Counted from the stretch's first letter, positions 27,281 through 37,688 are shown. The stretch is DNA of 64,000 nucleotides from Clostridia bacterium (GCA_051866635.1 JBJDXJ010000009.1:1-64000), one strand, 5' to 3'. The notes: generated by a model not told the origin, from the sequence alone. Made by a program: numbers and translations.

Positions 27281-27769
27281 TTATCTTCTAAGATCCATCT
27301 TTTCTGCTATTTCCTTTTCAAACTTTCGCATAACCACTGCATCATCTTCCTTTATGTGGTCAAAGCCCATTAAATGAAGGGCAGAGTGCAGTGACAAAAA
27401 TCCTACCTCACGGATAAGGGAATGACCATATTCCTCGCTTTGTGAAAGTGCCTTTTCCAAAGAAATCATAATGTCGCCAAGTAAAAGGGTGTCACCTTCA
27501 TAATCACCCTCACAAATAAGTGCTTCGCCATCGGGTGAAAACTCAATAATGGGGAAACTTAATACATCGGTTTCACGGTCAATTTTACGGTAAATGGAGT
27601 TTATTTCGCGGATTTTTTCGTTGTCTGTAACGGTAACGCTTACCTGACATTTTACGTCACCCCAGCCTAAAATGTCAAGGGTGGTATTTACCGCAAGGCG
27701 GATAATATTTTCAATCTCCTCTGTAAAGGGGAGCTTGTCCTGTTCGTTTTCAAATATAAAATCTACCAT
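27281..27769 (-). CDS. ybeY: rRNA maturation endoribonuclease YbeY
   Basis: TDVLSFP, LGDIMIS, HSALHLMGFDH. Confidence 0.95.
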   Translation of the reverse strand: MVDFIFENEQDKLPFTEEIENIIRLAVNTTLDILGWGDVKCQVSVTVTDNEKIREINSIYRKIDRETDVLSFPIIEFSPDGEALICEGDYEGDTLLLGDIMISLEKALSQSEEYGHSLIREVGFLSLHSALHLMGFDHIKEDDAVVMRKFEKEIAEKMDLRR

Positions 27770-27772
27770 GTT

Positions 27773-29806
27773 TTACTCCTTTTCCTTATTTTGCGGATAG
27801 AGTATTCTCTTGTGAAAATATTGTTCCAATGTGGTTACGAAGGACTTTTTTACATTGTTCAAATCTTTGAAGGTCAAGGCAGAATCAGAAAGCTGACCTT
27901 CAGAAATACGTGTTGACACAATGTTTTCCACAACCTGTGCCACATCAACATTTCCTTTTTCACGCATTGCCCTTACAGCCGCTTCGCAAGCATCTGCAAG
28001 CATAATAATGGTGGCTTCCTTTGTCTTTGGACAAGGACCGGGATAAGTATAGATTGAAACATCTGTATCTGGGTCTTTTTCACGTGCCTTATACAAAAAG
28101 TACGAAGCTGTTGTTGTGCCGTGATGCTGCAAGATAATATCCTTTACCGCACTGGGAAGATGGTACATTTCTGCAAGCTGTGCACCTAAAGCAACATGTT
28201 GGAGCAGGATTTTTGCACTTTCTTCAGGGGGAAGGTGGTCGTGAGGATTGTCGTCAACCATCTGATTTTCCTTGAAGTAAAGCGGGTGTTCTGTTTTGCC
28301 TATATCGTGATAATATGCACCAACACGTGCTAAAAGGGAATTTGCACCGCAGGCTGATGCGGCGGCTTCTGCCATGTTTGCAACAGTCAGTGAATGGTGG
28401 TATGTACCCGGTGCTTTAATAAGCATTGTTTTTAAAAGTTTATGCTCGGGATTTGAAAGCTCCCCAAGCTTCATCGGAGTAATTACATCAAAAATTGCTT
28501 CCCAGAAGGGAATTGTGCCGATTGCAAGAATGTTTCCGAAAAAGCTGCCTGCACCTGTCAGAGCAAAAATCCTTAACGCATCAAGTACGCTTTTGGCATC
28601 ATTTAGGGAAAGCATACCGTAAATTAAGGCATATGTAATTGCGGAAATAATCGTTGCCGGAAGAAGATGGGCACGCCTTCTTACCTTTGAAAAATAGAAA
28701 CCTGTTGCAGTGCCGGATATTGCAACTGACAGTGCAAAAATATAATCGTCTGTCTGCATGCCTATCAATACGGCTATAACAATGTTTAATACAACTGCCA
28801 TATTCCCCGAAAGTAAAAGCGAAACAAGGGCAGGTATTATGCACAGTGCAGATAAATAGAAAAGCCTTATACTGCTTTCAGAAACAAAATAAACACTGAC
28901 CGCACCGATACATACCAAAAGACAGCATATAAGGGTTGTGGCAACGGGGGAGGCTGAAATTTCATCTTTGCCAATGCGGATATAATAAAGAATACAAAGT
29001 ACAACGAGAATGAGAAGTATGGAAATATTTCTTGTAATCATTGACATATCGATGGATTTTTCACCTTCGATAAAGCCAAGCTCCGTAAGCATATTGTACT
29101 GGGCTTCTGTTATAATGTCGCCTTTACGTGCAATTATCTGGTTCTTAAGATATTCCACGTCCTTAACATTCACCATAGCGTTGATTTTTTGCCTTTCAGT
29201 TTCTTCGCTGTCTAACACTTTGTTGACAGTGATTGTATTTGAGGCAATTTCAAAAGCTATCATTTCAACCGTGGATGCGGCGTGCTGTGCTGTAAGACTG
29301 CTGTTGAATGCGGAAAGCCCTTCTTCCACATCTGTGACGCCTTCATTCATAACCCTTTCTAAAATTTCAGGCACTATTCTGGATAATGTGTTAAACTGCT
29401 CATCACTTAAATTTAAAGCTGAGTCGAAAACATCATCGGGAAGCCCCGTTGAGTTTTCTATTTTAGATTCCATATTGGGAAAAACGCTGAGACGGGCATT
29501 TTTTTCTTCTTCACGAAGGTTAAAAAGGGTACTTAAAATGTTTTTTGCACGGGCAATAGTGTTTGTGGTGATGGAAGAATCAATTGCTAACACATCTTTT
29601 ACACTATCACGTGCGGAATTTTTTCGTATCTGCGTTGTTGTTATATCTACAATATCACGTGTTGCATAAATATCCTCGGGGCATACACTGCCCACGGTAA
29701 TATCATACTGCTGGGAAACGTTCATGTTAAAGGTGGAAAATAAAAGAACACAAAATGTCACAATAACCAACAGTATACAAAGTATTCTGGAACGAAATGA
29801 TACCAT
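27773..29806 (-). CDS. 7TM HD-domain phosphohydrolase (PgpH/YqfF-like c-di-AMP phosphodiesterase)
   Basis: Extracellular domain, TM block, APGTYHHS, YYHDIGK, QHHGT, MLADACEAA. Conserved position between phoH and ybeY. Confidence 0.88.
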   Translation of the reverse strand: MVSFRSRILCILLVIVTFCVLLFSTFNMNVSQQYDITVGSVCPEDIYATRDIVDITTTQIRKNSARDSVKDVLAIDSSITTNTIARAKNILSTLFNLREEEKNARLSVFPNMESKIENSTGLPDDVFDSALNLSDEQFNTLSRIVPEILERVMNEGVTDVEEGLSAFNSSLTAQHAASTVEMIAFEIASNTITVNKVLDSEETERQKINAMVNVKDVEYLKNQIIARKGDIITEAQYNMLTELGFIEGEKSIDMSMITRNISILLILVVLCILYYIRIGKDEISASPVATTLICCLLVCIGAVSVYFVSESSIRLFYLSALCIIPALVSLLLSGNMAVVLNIVIAVLIGMQTDDYIFALSVAISGTATGFYFSKVRRRAHLLPATIISAITYALIYGMLSLNDAKSVLDALRIFALTGAGSFFGNILAIGTIPFWEAIFDVITPMKLGELSNPEHKLLKTMLIKAPGTYHHSLTVANMAEAAASACGANSLLARVGAYYHDIGKTEHPLYFKENQMVDDNPHDHLPPEESAKILLQHVALGAQLAEMYHLPSAVKDIILQHHGTTTASYFLYKAREKDPDTDVSIYTYPGPCPKTKEATIIMLADACEAAVRAMREKGNVDVAQVVENIVSTRISEGQLSDSALTFKDLNNVKKSFVTTLEQYFHKRILYPQNKEKE

Positions 29807-29817
29807 ACAATCACTCC

Positions 29818-30777
29818 TTATCTTAAGTTCTTCTTGTTTTCATATCTTTCATATGCGGCAATGATTTTTTGTACCAACGGGTGACGTACAATGTCCGATG
29901 AGGAAAGATAACAGATTTCAAGAGACTCGATACCTTTTAATATTTTAACAGCTTCCTTAAGTCCACTGCGTTTTCCGTCGGGAAGGTCAATCTGTGTAAC
30001 GTCACCTGTTATAACGCACTTGGAGCCAAAGCCTATTCTTGTTAAAAACATTTTCATCTGTTCGGGGGTGGTGTTCTGTGCTTCGTCAAGGATAATAAAT
30101 GCATCGTCAAGTGTTCTGCCTCGCATATATGCCAACGGTGCAACTTCAATGCTTCCACGCTCAACGTATTTCTGGTAATTTTCAAAGCCAAGCATGTCGG
30201 ATAATGCATCGTAAAGGGGTCTTAGATAGGGGTCAACTTTCATCTGCAAATCCCCGGGCAAAAAGCCTAATTTTTCGCCTGCTTCAACTGCTGGACGGGT
30301 AAGGATAATTCTTGAAACCTCTTTACGGCGGAAGGAGTCAACTGCGGCGGCAACAGCAAGGTAGGTCTTACCTGTACCTGCTGGGCCTATGGCAATTACA
30401 ACGGTGTTTTCCTTTATTTTGTCAACATATGCCTTCTGACCCTTTGTTTTACATTTTACAGGTCTGCCCTTTGCACTTATGCAGATTGTGTCAGAGGTTT
30501 TTGCATAGTCGGGGCTTAAACCTGCCTGTGCCATGTCAATTGCATAGCGGACAGATTGTTCGTTAATTTCATCCCCGTTATTGTGAAGGGCAAAAAGGTT
30601 ATCTAAAACATTCGATGCTTTTTCACAGTTTTCATCGTCGCCTGTTATTTTAATTGTTTCACCACGATTTATAATAGATACGTTAAATGCCTTTTCAATA
30701 AGTTTTAAGTTAAAGTCAAAGCTGCCGAATACGGCAATAGTTTCGTCAATTGTCTGTGCTGAAATTATCTTCTCCAA
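29818..30777 (-). CDS. phoH: PhoH-family ATPase
   Basis: GPAGTGKT, RPAVEAGEKLGFLPG, MRGRTL, DEAQN, GDVTQIDLP. TTG start at 30777 with GGAGG RBS. Confidence 0.95.
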   Translation of the reverse strand: MEKIISAQTIDETIAVFGSFDFNLKLIEKAFNVSIINRGETIKITGDDENCEKASNVLDNLFALHNNGDEINEQSVRYAIDMAQAGLSPDYAKTSDTICISAKGRPVKCKTKGQKAYVDKIKENTVVIAIGPAGTGKTYLAVAAAVDSFRRKEVSRIILTRPAVEAGEKLGFLPGDLQMKVDPYLRPLYDALSDMLGFENYQKYVERGSIEVAPLAYMRGRTLDDAFIILDEAQNTTPEQMKMFLTRIGFGSKCVITGDVTQIDLPDGKRSGLKEAVKILKGIESLEICYLSSSDIVRHPLVQKIIAAYERYENKKNLR

Positions 30778-31933
30778 TGTTAATCCTCCGTTCAACTCCT
30801 ATAGGTTCTTCGCAAAGTGTGCGTAATGAAACAAGTACACTGTCGCCTTCATCCGATAAATATGATTCTATATTATCTGCATATAAACCTTTTTGCATAA
30901 GCTCACTTTTAAATTCTTCAGTTTCCTTTTGCACCAAGGAATTTATATCATTTTCCTTGTAAGTAACGGAAACCTCCCTATATTCCTTTTTGTCAAAAGA
31001 CAATGGAATGAAAGGTATTTTCCTACTATAGTCTATAATATCATATTCTGTATACAAAATGCTACTGTTTATAAAAAGTTTTATCGGAAAATTTACAAAA
31101 TTTATTATTAAATGCTCTGTTTGATTGCCTGTAGGGGTGCGGATTTCCTCTTTTTTTGGCAAGTTCACTGTTTTTTCTTCCCAAACTGTACCGTAAACGG
31201 TGCCCGATGCACGTGTGGGGACGGTTTCCTCCTGGGAAATTATTTTAATTCCTTCAATTAGAAGCTGACCTTTTACAACAATATCACCTTCATTAACCTT
31301 TGCAATACCGTCGGTTGCTATAATGCGTGTGATTATTGCATCTTTGTCGGCATAAATGTTTGAATAATCATTTTCGTTGAAAACCTCCGGCGGAAGTGTG
31401 CGAAGTGCATATTTTACAATTGCACTGCCACCCTTTAAGTCAACCCATATCCACAAAAGGTCGTTGTTGTTTATCAGTATTTGGTTTTTTACATAGGACT
31501 GGTCCACCGAAACCTTTAATGTACCGCGTGATACACCAAGATTTTTAAGCTCCTCTTTAAGGCGTGCTTCCATTACACTGTCATCACCTATGATATTAAC
31601 ATTCCAGATTATTTGTGTTGACAAAAGAAGAAGCACAACGCACAAAATGGGTGCAATAAGGAGCATTTTGCGGCTTCGTCTTTTTTTGAAAAATGAAAAA
31701 AGTCCCTTTTCACTAACTTGCGAAAGGGTTATTCCCTCCGGCAAATCCATTGAAAAAAGTCTTTTGGCACCCTTCTGACTAACCGAAAAAAGAATTGACA
31801 TATCGCTGTCTTTTTCAATGTCAAAAATAAAAATGCCTTCCTCTTTTGCGATGTTCAAAATCCTTTCTGAGTATATGCCGCTTGTGCGGAGTATTACATA
31901 GCCTGTAAGAAAATTTAAAAGCCTTAAATTCAT
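30746..31933 (-). CDS. yqfD: Sporulation protein YqfD
   Basis: GYVIL...ERILN, TM segment, GDIVVKGQLLIEG. Synteny yqfC-yqfD-phoH. Confidence 0.82.
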   Translation of the reverse strand: MNLRLLNFLTGYVILRTSGIYSERILNIAKEEGIFIFDIEKDSDMSILFSVSQKGAKRLFSMDLPEGITLSQVSEKGLFSFFKKRRSRKMLLIAPILCVVLLLLSTQIIWNVNIIGDDSVMEARLKEELKNLGVSRGTLKVSVDQSYVKNQILINNNDLLWIWVDLKGGSAIVKYALRTLPPEVFNENDYSNIYADKDAIITRIIATDGIAKVNEGDIVVKGQLLIEGIKIISQEETVPTRASGTVYGTVWEEKTVNLPKKEEIRTPTGNQTEHLIINFVNFPIKLFINSSILYTEYDIIDYSRKIPFIPLSFDKKEYREVSVTYKENDINSLVQKETEEFKSELMQKGLYADNIESYLSDEGDSVLVSLRTLCEEPIGVERRINIGEDNFSTDN

Positions 31934-31946
31934 AACTCCCTCCCAA

Positions 31947-32222
31947 TTATTCAAAGGCAAGAAGACGTATATTGCCTGTAATTTTTACACTTTCATCTGT
32001 CATAAAGGGTATTTTAAGATTTTCACCGTCAATTTTCACAATGCCGTCGGAGGTATTTATCCTGGCAGAATTTTGTGAAAAATCAAGAAGCGAGCGAAAA
32101 TTGTCAATTTCCGCACAGCTTGTGCCGTATATGATAATGTTGGGAAGATTTGCAATTGTGCCTTTTTGAATATCCAAAATGTTTTCAGCCTTTGATAAAA
32201 ATGTTTTTTTCAAAGAAATCAT
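31947..32222 (-). CDS. yqfC: YabP/YqfC-family sporulation protein
   Basis: PNIIIYG...IDNFRSLL...IDGENL...ITGNI. Directly upstream of yqfD. Confidence 0.75.
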   Translation of the reverse strand: MISLKKTFLSKAENILDIQKGTIANLPNIIIYGTSCAEIDNFRSLLDFSQNSARINTSDGIVKIDGENLKIPFMTDESVKITGNIRLLAFE

Positions 32223-32269
32223 CCTTTCCGTAGGTCTTTACATATATTTATTACGGAAAGGGTGATATT

Positions 32270-33241
32270 ATGTTTTTATTGGTGTGTATTATGCTTGTGC
32301 TTTTTCCCGAGAAGTCGGCAGAAGGGGCAATTGAGGGGCTTCAGACTGCTTTTGAGGTGGTAATTCCTTCAATATTGCCCTTTGCGGTTTTTTCTGCCGC
32401 AGTTGTGTATTCCTCCTTGGCAAGGGTTATAGGAGCAGTATTGTCCCCTGTATTTAACACTATTTTCGGGCTTCATCCCTATGGTGCAGTGGCACTTTTG
32501 TCGGGTATGCTGGGCGGTTACCCAACAGGATGCAAGGTTGTGTGCGATATGTATGAAGAGGGGATGATAACGAAAAAGGAAGGGGAGAGGATGCTTTCAT
32601 ATGCAAATGTGGGTGGAGTGGTTTTTTGTTTGAATGTTTGCGGTATGACAGCTTTTTCATCATATCAGAAGGGCATTATAATTTATCTTATACATATTTT
32701 AGCAACCCTTATGGCGGCATGTATAATTAATAAAAGAGTAAGCTTAAAGATAAACATTAAAGAAGAAATTTATCTTTACAAAAAACAAAAAAAGCCCCTT
32801 ATGGCAATAATGGGGAAAAGCATCGCCTCGGGGGGCATGGTTTTGGTGAACATAGTTTGTGCTTTTGTGGTTTTTTATGCGGTGATAAAAGCCTTTCAAG
32901 TTGAAAAAATACCTTTTTTATGCGGATTTTGCGAAATGACTAAGGGCGTATTTTTTGCCTCGGAAAAAGGAAGTTTGCCTCTTGGAGCAATGTATTTCAC
33001 ATTTGGAGGATTGTCCGTTTTTGCCCAGACTGAAAGTATATCGGAAAAATACGGCTTTAATCTTAAGTATTTTTATACCGCAAAGGCTTTAAGCTGTGCA
33101 ATAGCGTGGGCAATGGGTATTTTTTACACAAGTGTTTCCCACTTAGGAATTGAAGGATTGATTTTCCTGACTGTTACATTGATAGCTGTAATAAGTGCTT
33201 TGTATTTACTAACAAAGTGTCTCTTCACTCCTTGGCAATAA
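32270..33241 (+). CDS. ylbJ: Sporulation integral membrane protein YlbJ
   Basis: VIPSILPF, GMLGGYPTG, CEMTKG, FGGLSV. Confidence 0.78.
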   Translation: MFLLVCIMLVLFPEKSAEGAIEGLQTAFEVVIPSILPFAVFSAAVVYSSLARVIGAVLSPVFNTIFGLHPYGAVALLSGMLGGYPTGCKVVCDMYEEGMITKKEGERMLSYANVGGVVFCLNVCGMTAFSSYQKGIIIYLIHILATLMAACIINKRVSLKINIKEEIYLYKKQKKPLMAIMGKSIASGGMVLVNIVCAFVVFYAVIKAFQVEKIPFLCGFCEMTKGVFFASEKGSLPLGAMYFTFGGLSVFAQTESISEKYGFNLKYFYTAKALSCAIAWAMGIFYTSVSHLGIEGLIFLTVTLIAVISALYLLTKCLFTPWQ

Positions 33242-33252
33242 AATCAAAAATT

Positions 33253-33342
33253 TTTTTTACATTATAGAAAATGAAGAATTTCCTATAATGTAAAAAAGGC
33301 TGTAGCCTGTCCGATTAAAAAACCGTTTTGCTACAGCCTTTT
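33253..33342. terminator. Two tandem hairpins between convergent genes
   Basis: TTTTTTACATTATAG...CTATAATGTAAAAAA and AAAAGGCTGTAGC...GCTACAGCCTTTT. Confidence 0.6.
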
Positions 33343-33349
33343 GCCCTGA

Positions 33350-33553
33350 TTACTTGCTTTCCAGAAATTCGTTAATCTTATTAACAAGTTCATCTGCGTC
33401 AACACCGTGTACCATTGCAGCTTGTTCAATTGTCTCACCGCTTGCGGAAGGACATCCGAGACAGTGCATACCGATTTCAAGGAAGAAAGGTGCAGTTTCG
33501 GGGTCGATACGTAAAACATCCATAATAATAGTATCCTTAGTTATCTGAGCCAT
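33350..33553 (-). CDS. DUF1858-domain small protein
   Basis: ITKDTII...GMHCLGCPSASGETIEQAAMVHG, GGAGG RBS. Confidence 0.88.
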   Translation of the reverse strand: MAQITKDTIIMDVLRIDPETAPFFLEIGMHCLGCPSASGETIEQAAMVHGVDADELVNKINEFLESK

Positions 33554-33669
33554 TTTGTTATACCTCCGTTAAAAATTATAATTAATTATATAAATTATTT
33601 TCCGTATAGTCAATAGAAATTCATAAAAAATTGTTAAAACACCATAAGTACCTTAATTTAGAGTTTAAA

Positions 33670-33961
33670 TGCGGAAAAGCTAAAAAATTACTTAAAAAGC
33701 ATTAGAAATATAATTATGTAAACCGCTATTTAAAGGGTTTTAGCCACCTTGGAAAACTTCAAGTTTTCCACAATAAGCCACCACTTTTTATGTGGAAGTT
33801 GTGGAAAAGTCTGTGAAAAACCATAAAATGAGGGTGTTTAGACTGTGGAAAAATTGAATATTCCACCAAATGCAAATTGTTGAAAACTTAAAGAGGTTTA
33901 CATAATTATTACAGAGTATACAACCCTTTCAAAAGCCCGATTTAAAGGGGTTTGTGTCGAA
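33670..33961. promoter_or_regulatory. DnaA-box cluster (oriC-like or titration locus)
   Basis: TTWTNCACA matches at 33764-33772, 33800-33808, 33812-33820 and 33844-33852. Near-matches at 33670, 33748, 33791, 33859 and 33878. AT-rich left flank. Confidence 0.6.
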
Positions 33962-34042
33962 ATTTTATTTTAATGTTCTCTTGTTGTTGACCTTTAAAGC
34001 AAATTGTTATAAAATAAAGCAAATGTTGAAAGGATAAAAATT

Positions 34043-34723
34043 ATGGATACAGAATTGCTTGAGAAAAATTTAGGATATAAATTTAAGGATAAAAAGCTTT
34101 TGGAAGTGGCAATAACTCACACATCCTTTGCCAACGAAAAACATACACAAAGCTATGAAAGGCTTGAATTTTTGGGGGATGCTGTGTTGCAAATGCTTAC
34201 AAGCAGATATATATACGTAAATTACCCTGATTTTCCCGAAGGTAAAATGAGCAAAATGAGGGCAAATATCGTATGCGAACAGACTCTTTTTGAAATTGCA
34301 AAAAAGCTGGGTATTGACAAGTTTGCACGCCTTGGAAAAGGTGAAGAAACTTCAGGGGGCAGAAACCGCCCTTCAATTCTGGCAGATATGGTTGAAGCTG
34401 TTTTAGCCGCAGTTTACCTTGACGGAGGCATTGACAAGGCACGTGAAATTATTTTTGACGCTTACGGTCATATTATAGAAAAGGCGGCAATAGGTGAATT
34501 GAATTTTGATTATAAAACTGCACTTCAGGAAAAATTACAGGAAAAGGGCAGTGTGAAAATTGAGTATCTTTTAATAAAGGACGAAGGCCCTGCCCATAAC
34601 AAAACCTTTACCATGGCTGTTGCTTCGGAAAATAAAATAATCGGAACAGGTGTGGGAAAGACAAAGCAGGAAGCACAGCAGATGGCGGCAAAGGAAGCCT
34701 TGGGGGTTATTAAAAATGGCTAA
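34043..34723 (+). CDS. rnc: Ribonuclease III
   Basis: THTS, ERLEFLGDAVL, ADMVEA, dsRBD DYKTALQE...GPAH...AQQMAA. Confidence 0.96.
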   Translation: MDTELLEKNLGYKFKDKKLLEVAITHTSFANEKHTQSYERLEFLGDAVLQMLTSRYIYVNYPDFPEGKMSKMRANIVCEQTLFEIAKKLGIDKFARLGKGEETSGGRNRPSILADMVEAVLAAVYLDGGIDKAREIIFDAYGHIIEKAAIGELNFDYKTALQEKLQEKGSVKIEYLLIKDEGPAHNKTFTMAVASENKIIGTGVGKTKQEAQQMAAKEALGVIKNG

Positions 34724-35684
34724 TATTCCGATTTTTATTCCCCACCAAGGTTGCAAGAGGGATTGTGTGTTTTGTAACCAAAGGTCAATTACCGGGCAAA
34801 ATGTAATGCCCACAATTGAAGAAACTGACATGATTATAAAGACTTGCCTTAAAACAATGACTAAAAAGCCACAAATTGCATTTTTTGGCGGCAGTTTTAC
34901 AGGAATCGGCAATGATTTAATGGAGGGGTATCTATCTGTTGCCCATAAATATGTAAAAAACGGACAAGCTATGGGAATACGGCTTTCCACACGGCCTGAT
35001 TACATTGACAGTGAAATTTTGTCAATTCTGAAAAAATACGGCGTTACAAATATTGAGCTTGGGGCACAAAGTCTTTGCGATGATGTGCTTGAGGCTTCAA
35101 ACCGTGGACATGATGCCCTTTGTGTAGAAAAAGCATCAAAGGCTATTTTGTCGGAAAACTTTACATTAGGATTACAGATGATGATAGGTCTGCCATGTGA
35201 CACACGGGAAAAAAGCGTTTATACGGCAAAAAAGATTGCAGAACTTGGTGCAAGGGAAACAAGAATTTATCCCACGGTAGTTATCGAAGGGACACGCCTT
35301 GCAGATATGTATAAAAAGGGAGAATATGTACCGATGGATTTTGACGAAGCCATTAGTGCGGCGGCAGAATGTTACAGTATTTTTTTTGAAAAGGGCGTCA
35401 ATGTTCTGAGGATAGGGCTTCAGAATTCCGAGGAGCTGAAAAAAAGCGTTGTTGGCGGATTTTACCATGACTCCATAGGTGAACTGGTCTATTCCCGTGT
35501 TATAAGAAACAGCGTTAAAAAGAATGGCACAATTTGCTACAATAAACGGTTTTTAAGCAAGGTTCTGGGACAAAAAAAGGAAAATATGGAGTATTTTAAG
35601 AAAAATGGGCTGGAAGTTAAATTGAAAGAAGATAATTCAATTAATGGAGTTTTGGTTGACGGAAAATATGTATTGACAATTTGA
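34716..35684 (+). CDS. Elp3-like radical SAM protein
   Basis: IPIFIPHQGCKRDCVFCNQ, AFFGGSFT, IRLSTRPD, ELGAQS, RIYP. Start moved to ATG 34716. Confidence 0.88.
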   Translation: MANIPIFIPHQGCKRDCVFCNQRSITGQNVMPTIEETDMIIKTCLKTMTKKPQIAFFGGSFTGIGNDLMEGYLSVAHKYVKNGQAMGIRLSTRPDYIDSEILSILKKYGVTNIELGAQSLCDDVLEASNRGHDALCVEKASKAILSENFTLGLQMMIGLPCDTREKSVYTAKKIAELGARETRIYPTVVIEGTRLADMYKKGEYVPMDFDEAISAAAECYSIFFEKGVNVLRIGLQNSEELKKSVVGGFYHDSIGELVYSRVIRNSVKKNGTICYNKRFLSKVLGQKKENMEYFKKNGLEVKLKEDNSINGVLVDGKYVLTI

Positions 35685-35739
35685 ATATAAAGGGATAAAA
35701 TATATAAGATAATTTAAACATTTCAAGGAGTTGATCAGT

Positions 35740-37677
35740 ATGGTAATTAAAGTAACATTACGTGATGAAGTACGGGAATTTGAGGCCCCCATCACCTACA
35801 TGGACATTGCAAAGAGCATATCCGAAGGCCTGGCAAGAAACGTGCTTTGTGCAACCAAAGACGGCGAAACGGTAGGTTTGTATGAAACCCTTACCACTGA
35901 TGCAACCGTTGAATTTAAAGGCTTTGATACCGAAGAAGGTAAGCATACACTCCGTCACAGTGCAAGCCATGTACTTGCCCAGGCGGTAAAAAGGCTATTC
36001 CCCGAAGTAAAGCTTGCAATAGGTCCCGCAATAGAAAACGGTTTTTATTACGATTTTGACTTGGACAAGGGCTTTTCTCCTGAAGATTTGGCTAAAATCG
36101 AAGCTGAAATGAAAAAGATTGTTAAGGAAAATTATCCTATTGTCCGTTTTGAACTGCCAAGAGATGAAGCGGTTAAGTTTATGGAAGAAGCAAATGAACC
36201 ATATAAGGTTGAATTGATTAACGATTTGCCCGAAGGTGAAGTTATTTCCTTCTACAAGCAGGGGGAATTTACAGACCTTTGTGCAGGTCCTCATGTTCCG
36301 TCTACAGGTGCGGTAAAAGCATTTAAGATAACATCTACTGCAGGTGCATACTGGAGAGGCAATGAAAAGAACAAAATGCTTACAAGAATTTATGCAACTG
36401 CGTTTACAAAGAAAGCTGATATGGAAGAATACCTTGCCGCTGTGGAAGAAGCTAAGAAGCGTGACCACAATAAGTTAGGCAGAGAGCTTGAGCTTTTCAC
36501 AACAAGCGATGTTATAGGTCAGGGCCTTCCCATTATGCTTCCCAAGGGTGTTGCCGTTTTGCAGACACTTCAGCGTTTTGTGGAAGATGAAGAAACACGC
36601 CGTGGTTGGCTCAGGACAAAGACACCTCTTATGGCTAAGAGCGATTTATATAAAATTTCAGGTCACTGGGACCACTACAAAGATGGTATGTTCGTTTTAG
36701 GTGACGAAGAAAATGACAAGGAAGTTTTCGCACTTCGTCCCATGACATGCCCCTTCCAGTATCAGGCATATCTTAACCGTGCACGTTCCTACCGTGATTT
36801 GCCTCTTCGTTACGGCGAAACAAGTACACTTTTCCGTAATGAAGCAAGCGGTGAAATGCATGGCTTAATCAGAGTAAGACAGTTCACAATAAGTGAAGGT
36901 CACCTTATGTGTACACCTGAACAGCTTGAAGACGAATTTAAGAGTTGTCTTGAACTGGCTGTATATATGCTTAAAACATTAGGTCTTTATGAAGATGTTT
37001 CATATCGTTTCTCCCAGTGGGATCCTAACGACAGAGGAAAGTACATCGGTACAGATGAGCAGTGGGCAGAAGCTCAAGGCATGATGAAGAAAATTCTTGA
37101 TCACCTTGAAATTCCCTATGTTGTAGGTATAGGCGAAGCGGCATTCTACGGTCCTAAGCTTGACATTCAGATTAAGAATGTTCACGGTAAGGAAGATACA
37201 CTTATCACAATACAGATTGACCAGCTTTTGGCTCAGCAGTTCGGTATGGTTTACACAGATGCGGATGGTACAAAGAAGAACCCCTGCATTATCCACCGTA
37301 CAAGTATCGGTTGCTACGAAAGAACACTTGCTCTTCTTATTGAAAAATACGCAGGTGCGTTCCCCACATGGATGGCACCTGTTCAGGTTAAACTTCTTCC
37401 CATAGGCGAAGGTCACCGTGAGTATTGCCGTGAGCTTAATACACGCCTTATTAACATGGGTATCAGAAGCGAAGTGGATGACAGAAGCGAAAAAATAGGT
37501 TATAAAATTCGTGAAGCACAGCTTGAAAAGGTTCCTTACATGCTGGTTGTGGGCGATAAGGAAATGGAAGATGGTGCTGTAAGCGTACGTAGCCGTAAAG
37601 AAGGCGATAAGGGCAGTATGAAGGTTAACGACTTTATCATGGCACTTATGGATGAAATCGCTGAAAAGAGAAGATAA
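35740..37677 (+). CDS. thrS: Threonine--tRNA ligase
   Basis: HSASHVLAQA, DLCAGPH, RDHNKLG, RPMTCP, AFYGPKLD, IHRTSIG. TTGACA-17-TAAAAT promoter at 35673-35701. Confidence 0.97.
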   Translation: MVIKVTLRDEVREFEAPITYMDIAKSISEGLARNVLCATKDGETVGLYETLTTDATVEFKGFDTEEGKHTLRHSASHVLAQAVKRLFPEVKLAIGPAIENGFYYDFDLDKGFSPEDLAKIEAEMKKIVKENYPIVRFELPRDEAVKFMEEANEPYKVELINDLPEGEVISFYKQGEFTDLCAGPHVPSTGAVKAFKITSTAGAYWRGNEKNKMLTRIYATAFTKKADMEEYLAAVEEAKKRDHNKLGRELELFTTSDVIGQGLPIMLPKGVAVLQTLQRFVEDEETRRGWLRTKTPLMAKSDLYKISGHWDHYKDGMFVLGDEENDKEVFALRPMTCPFQYQAYLNRARSYRDLPLRYGETSTLFRNEASGEMHGLIRVRQFTISEGHLMCTPEQLEDEFKSCLELAVYMLKTLGLYEDVSYRFSQWDPNDRGKYIGTDEQWAEAQGMMKKILDHLEIPYVVGIGEAAFYGPKLDIQIKNVHGKEDTLITIQIDQLLAQQFGMVYTDADGTKKNPCIIHRTSIGCYERTLALLIEKYAGAFPTWMAPVQVKLLPIGEGHREYCRELNTRLINMGIRSEVDDRSEKIGYKIREAQLEKVPYMLVVGDKEMEDGAVSVRSRKEGDKGSMKVNDFIMALMDEIAEKRR

Positions 37678-37688
37678 ATATTAGGAAT

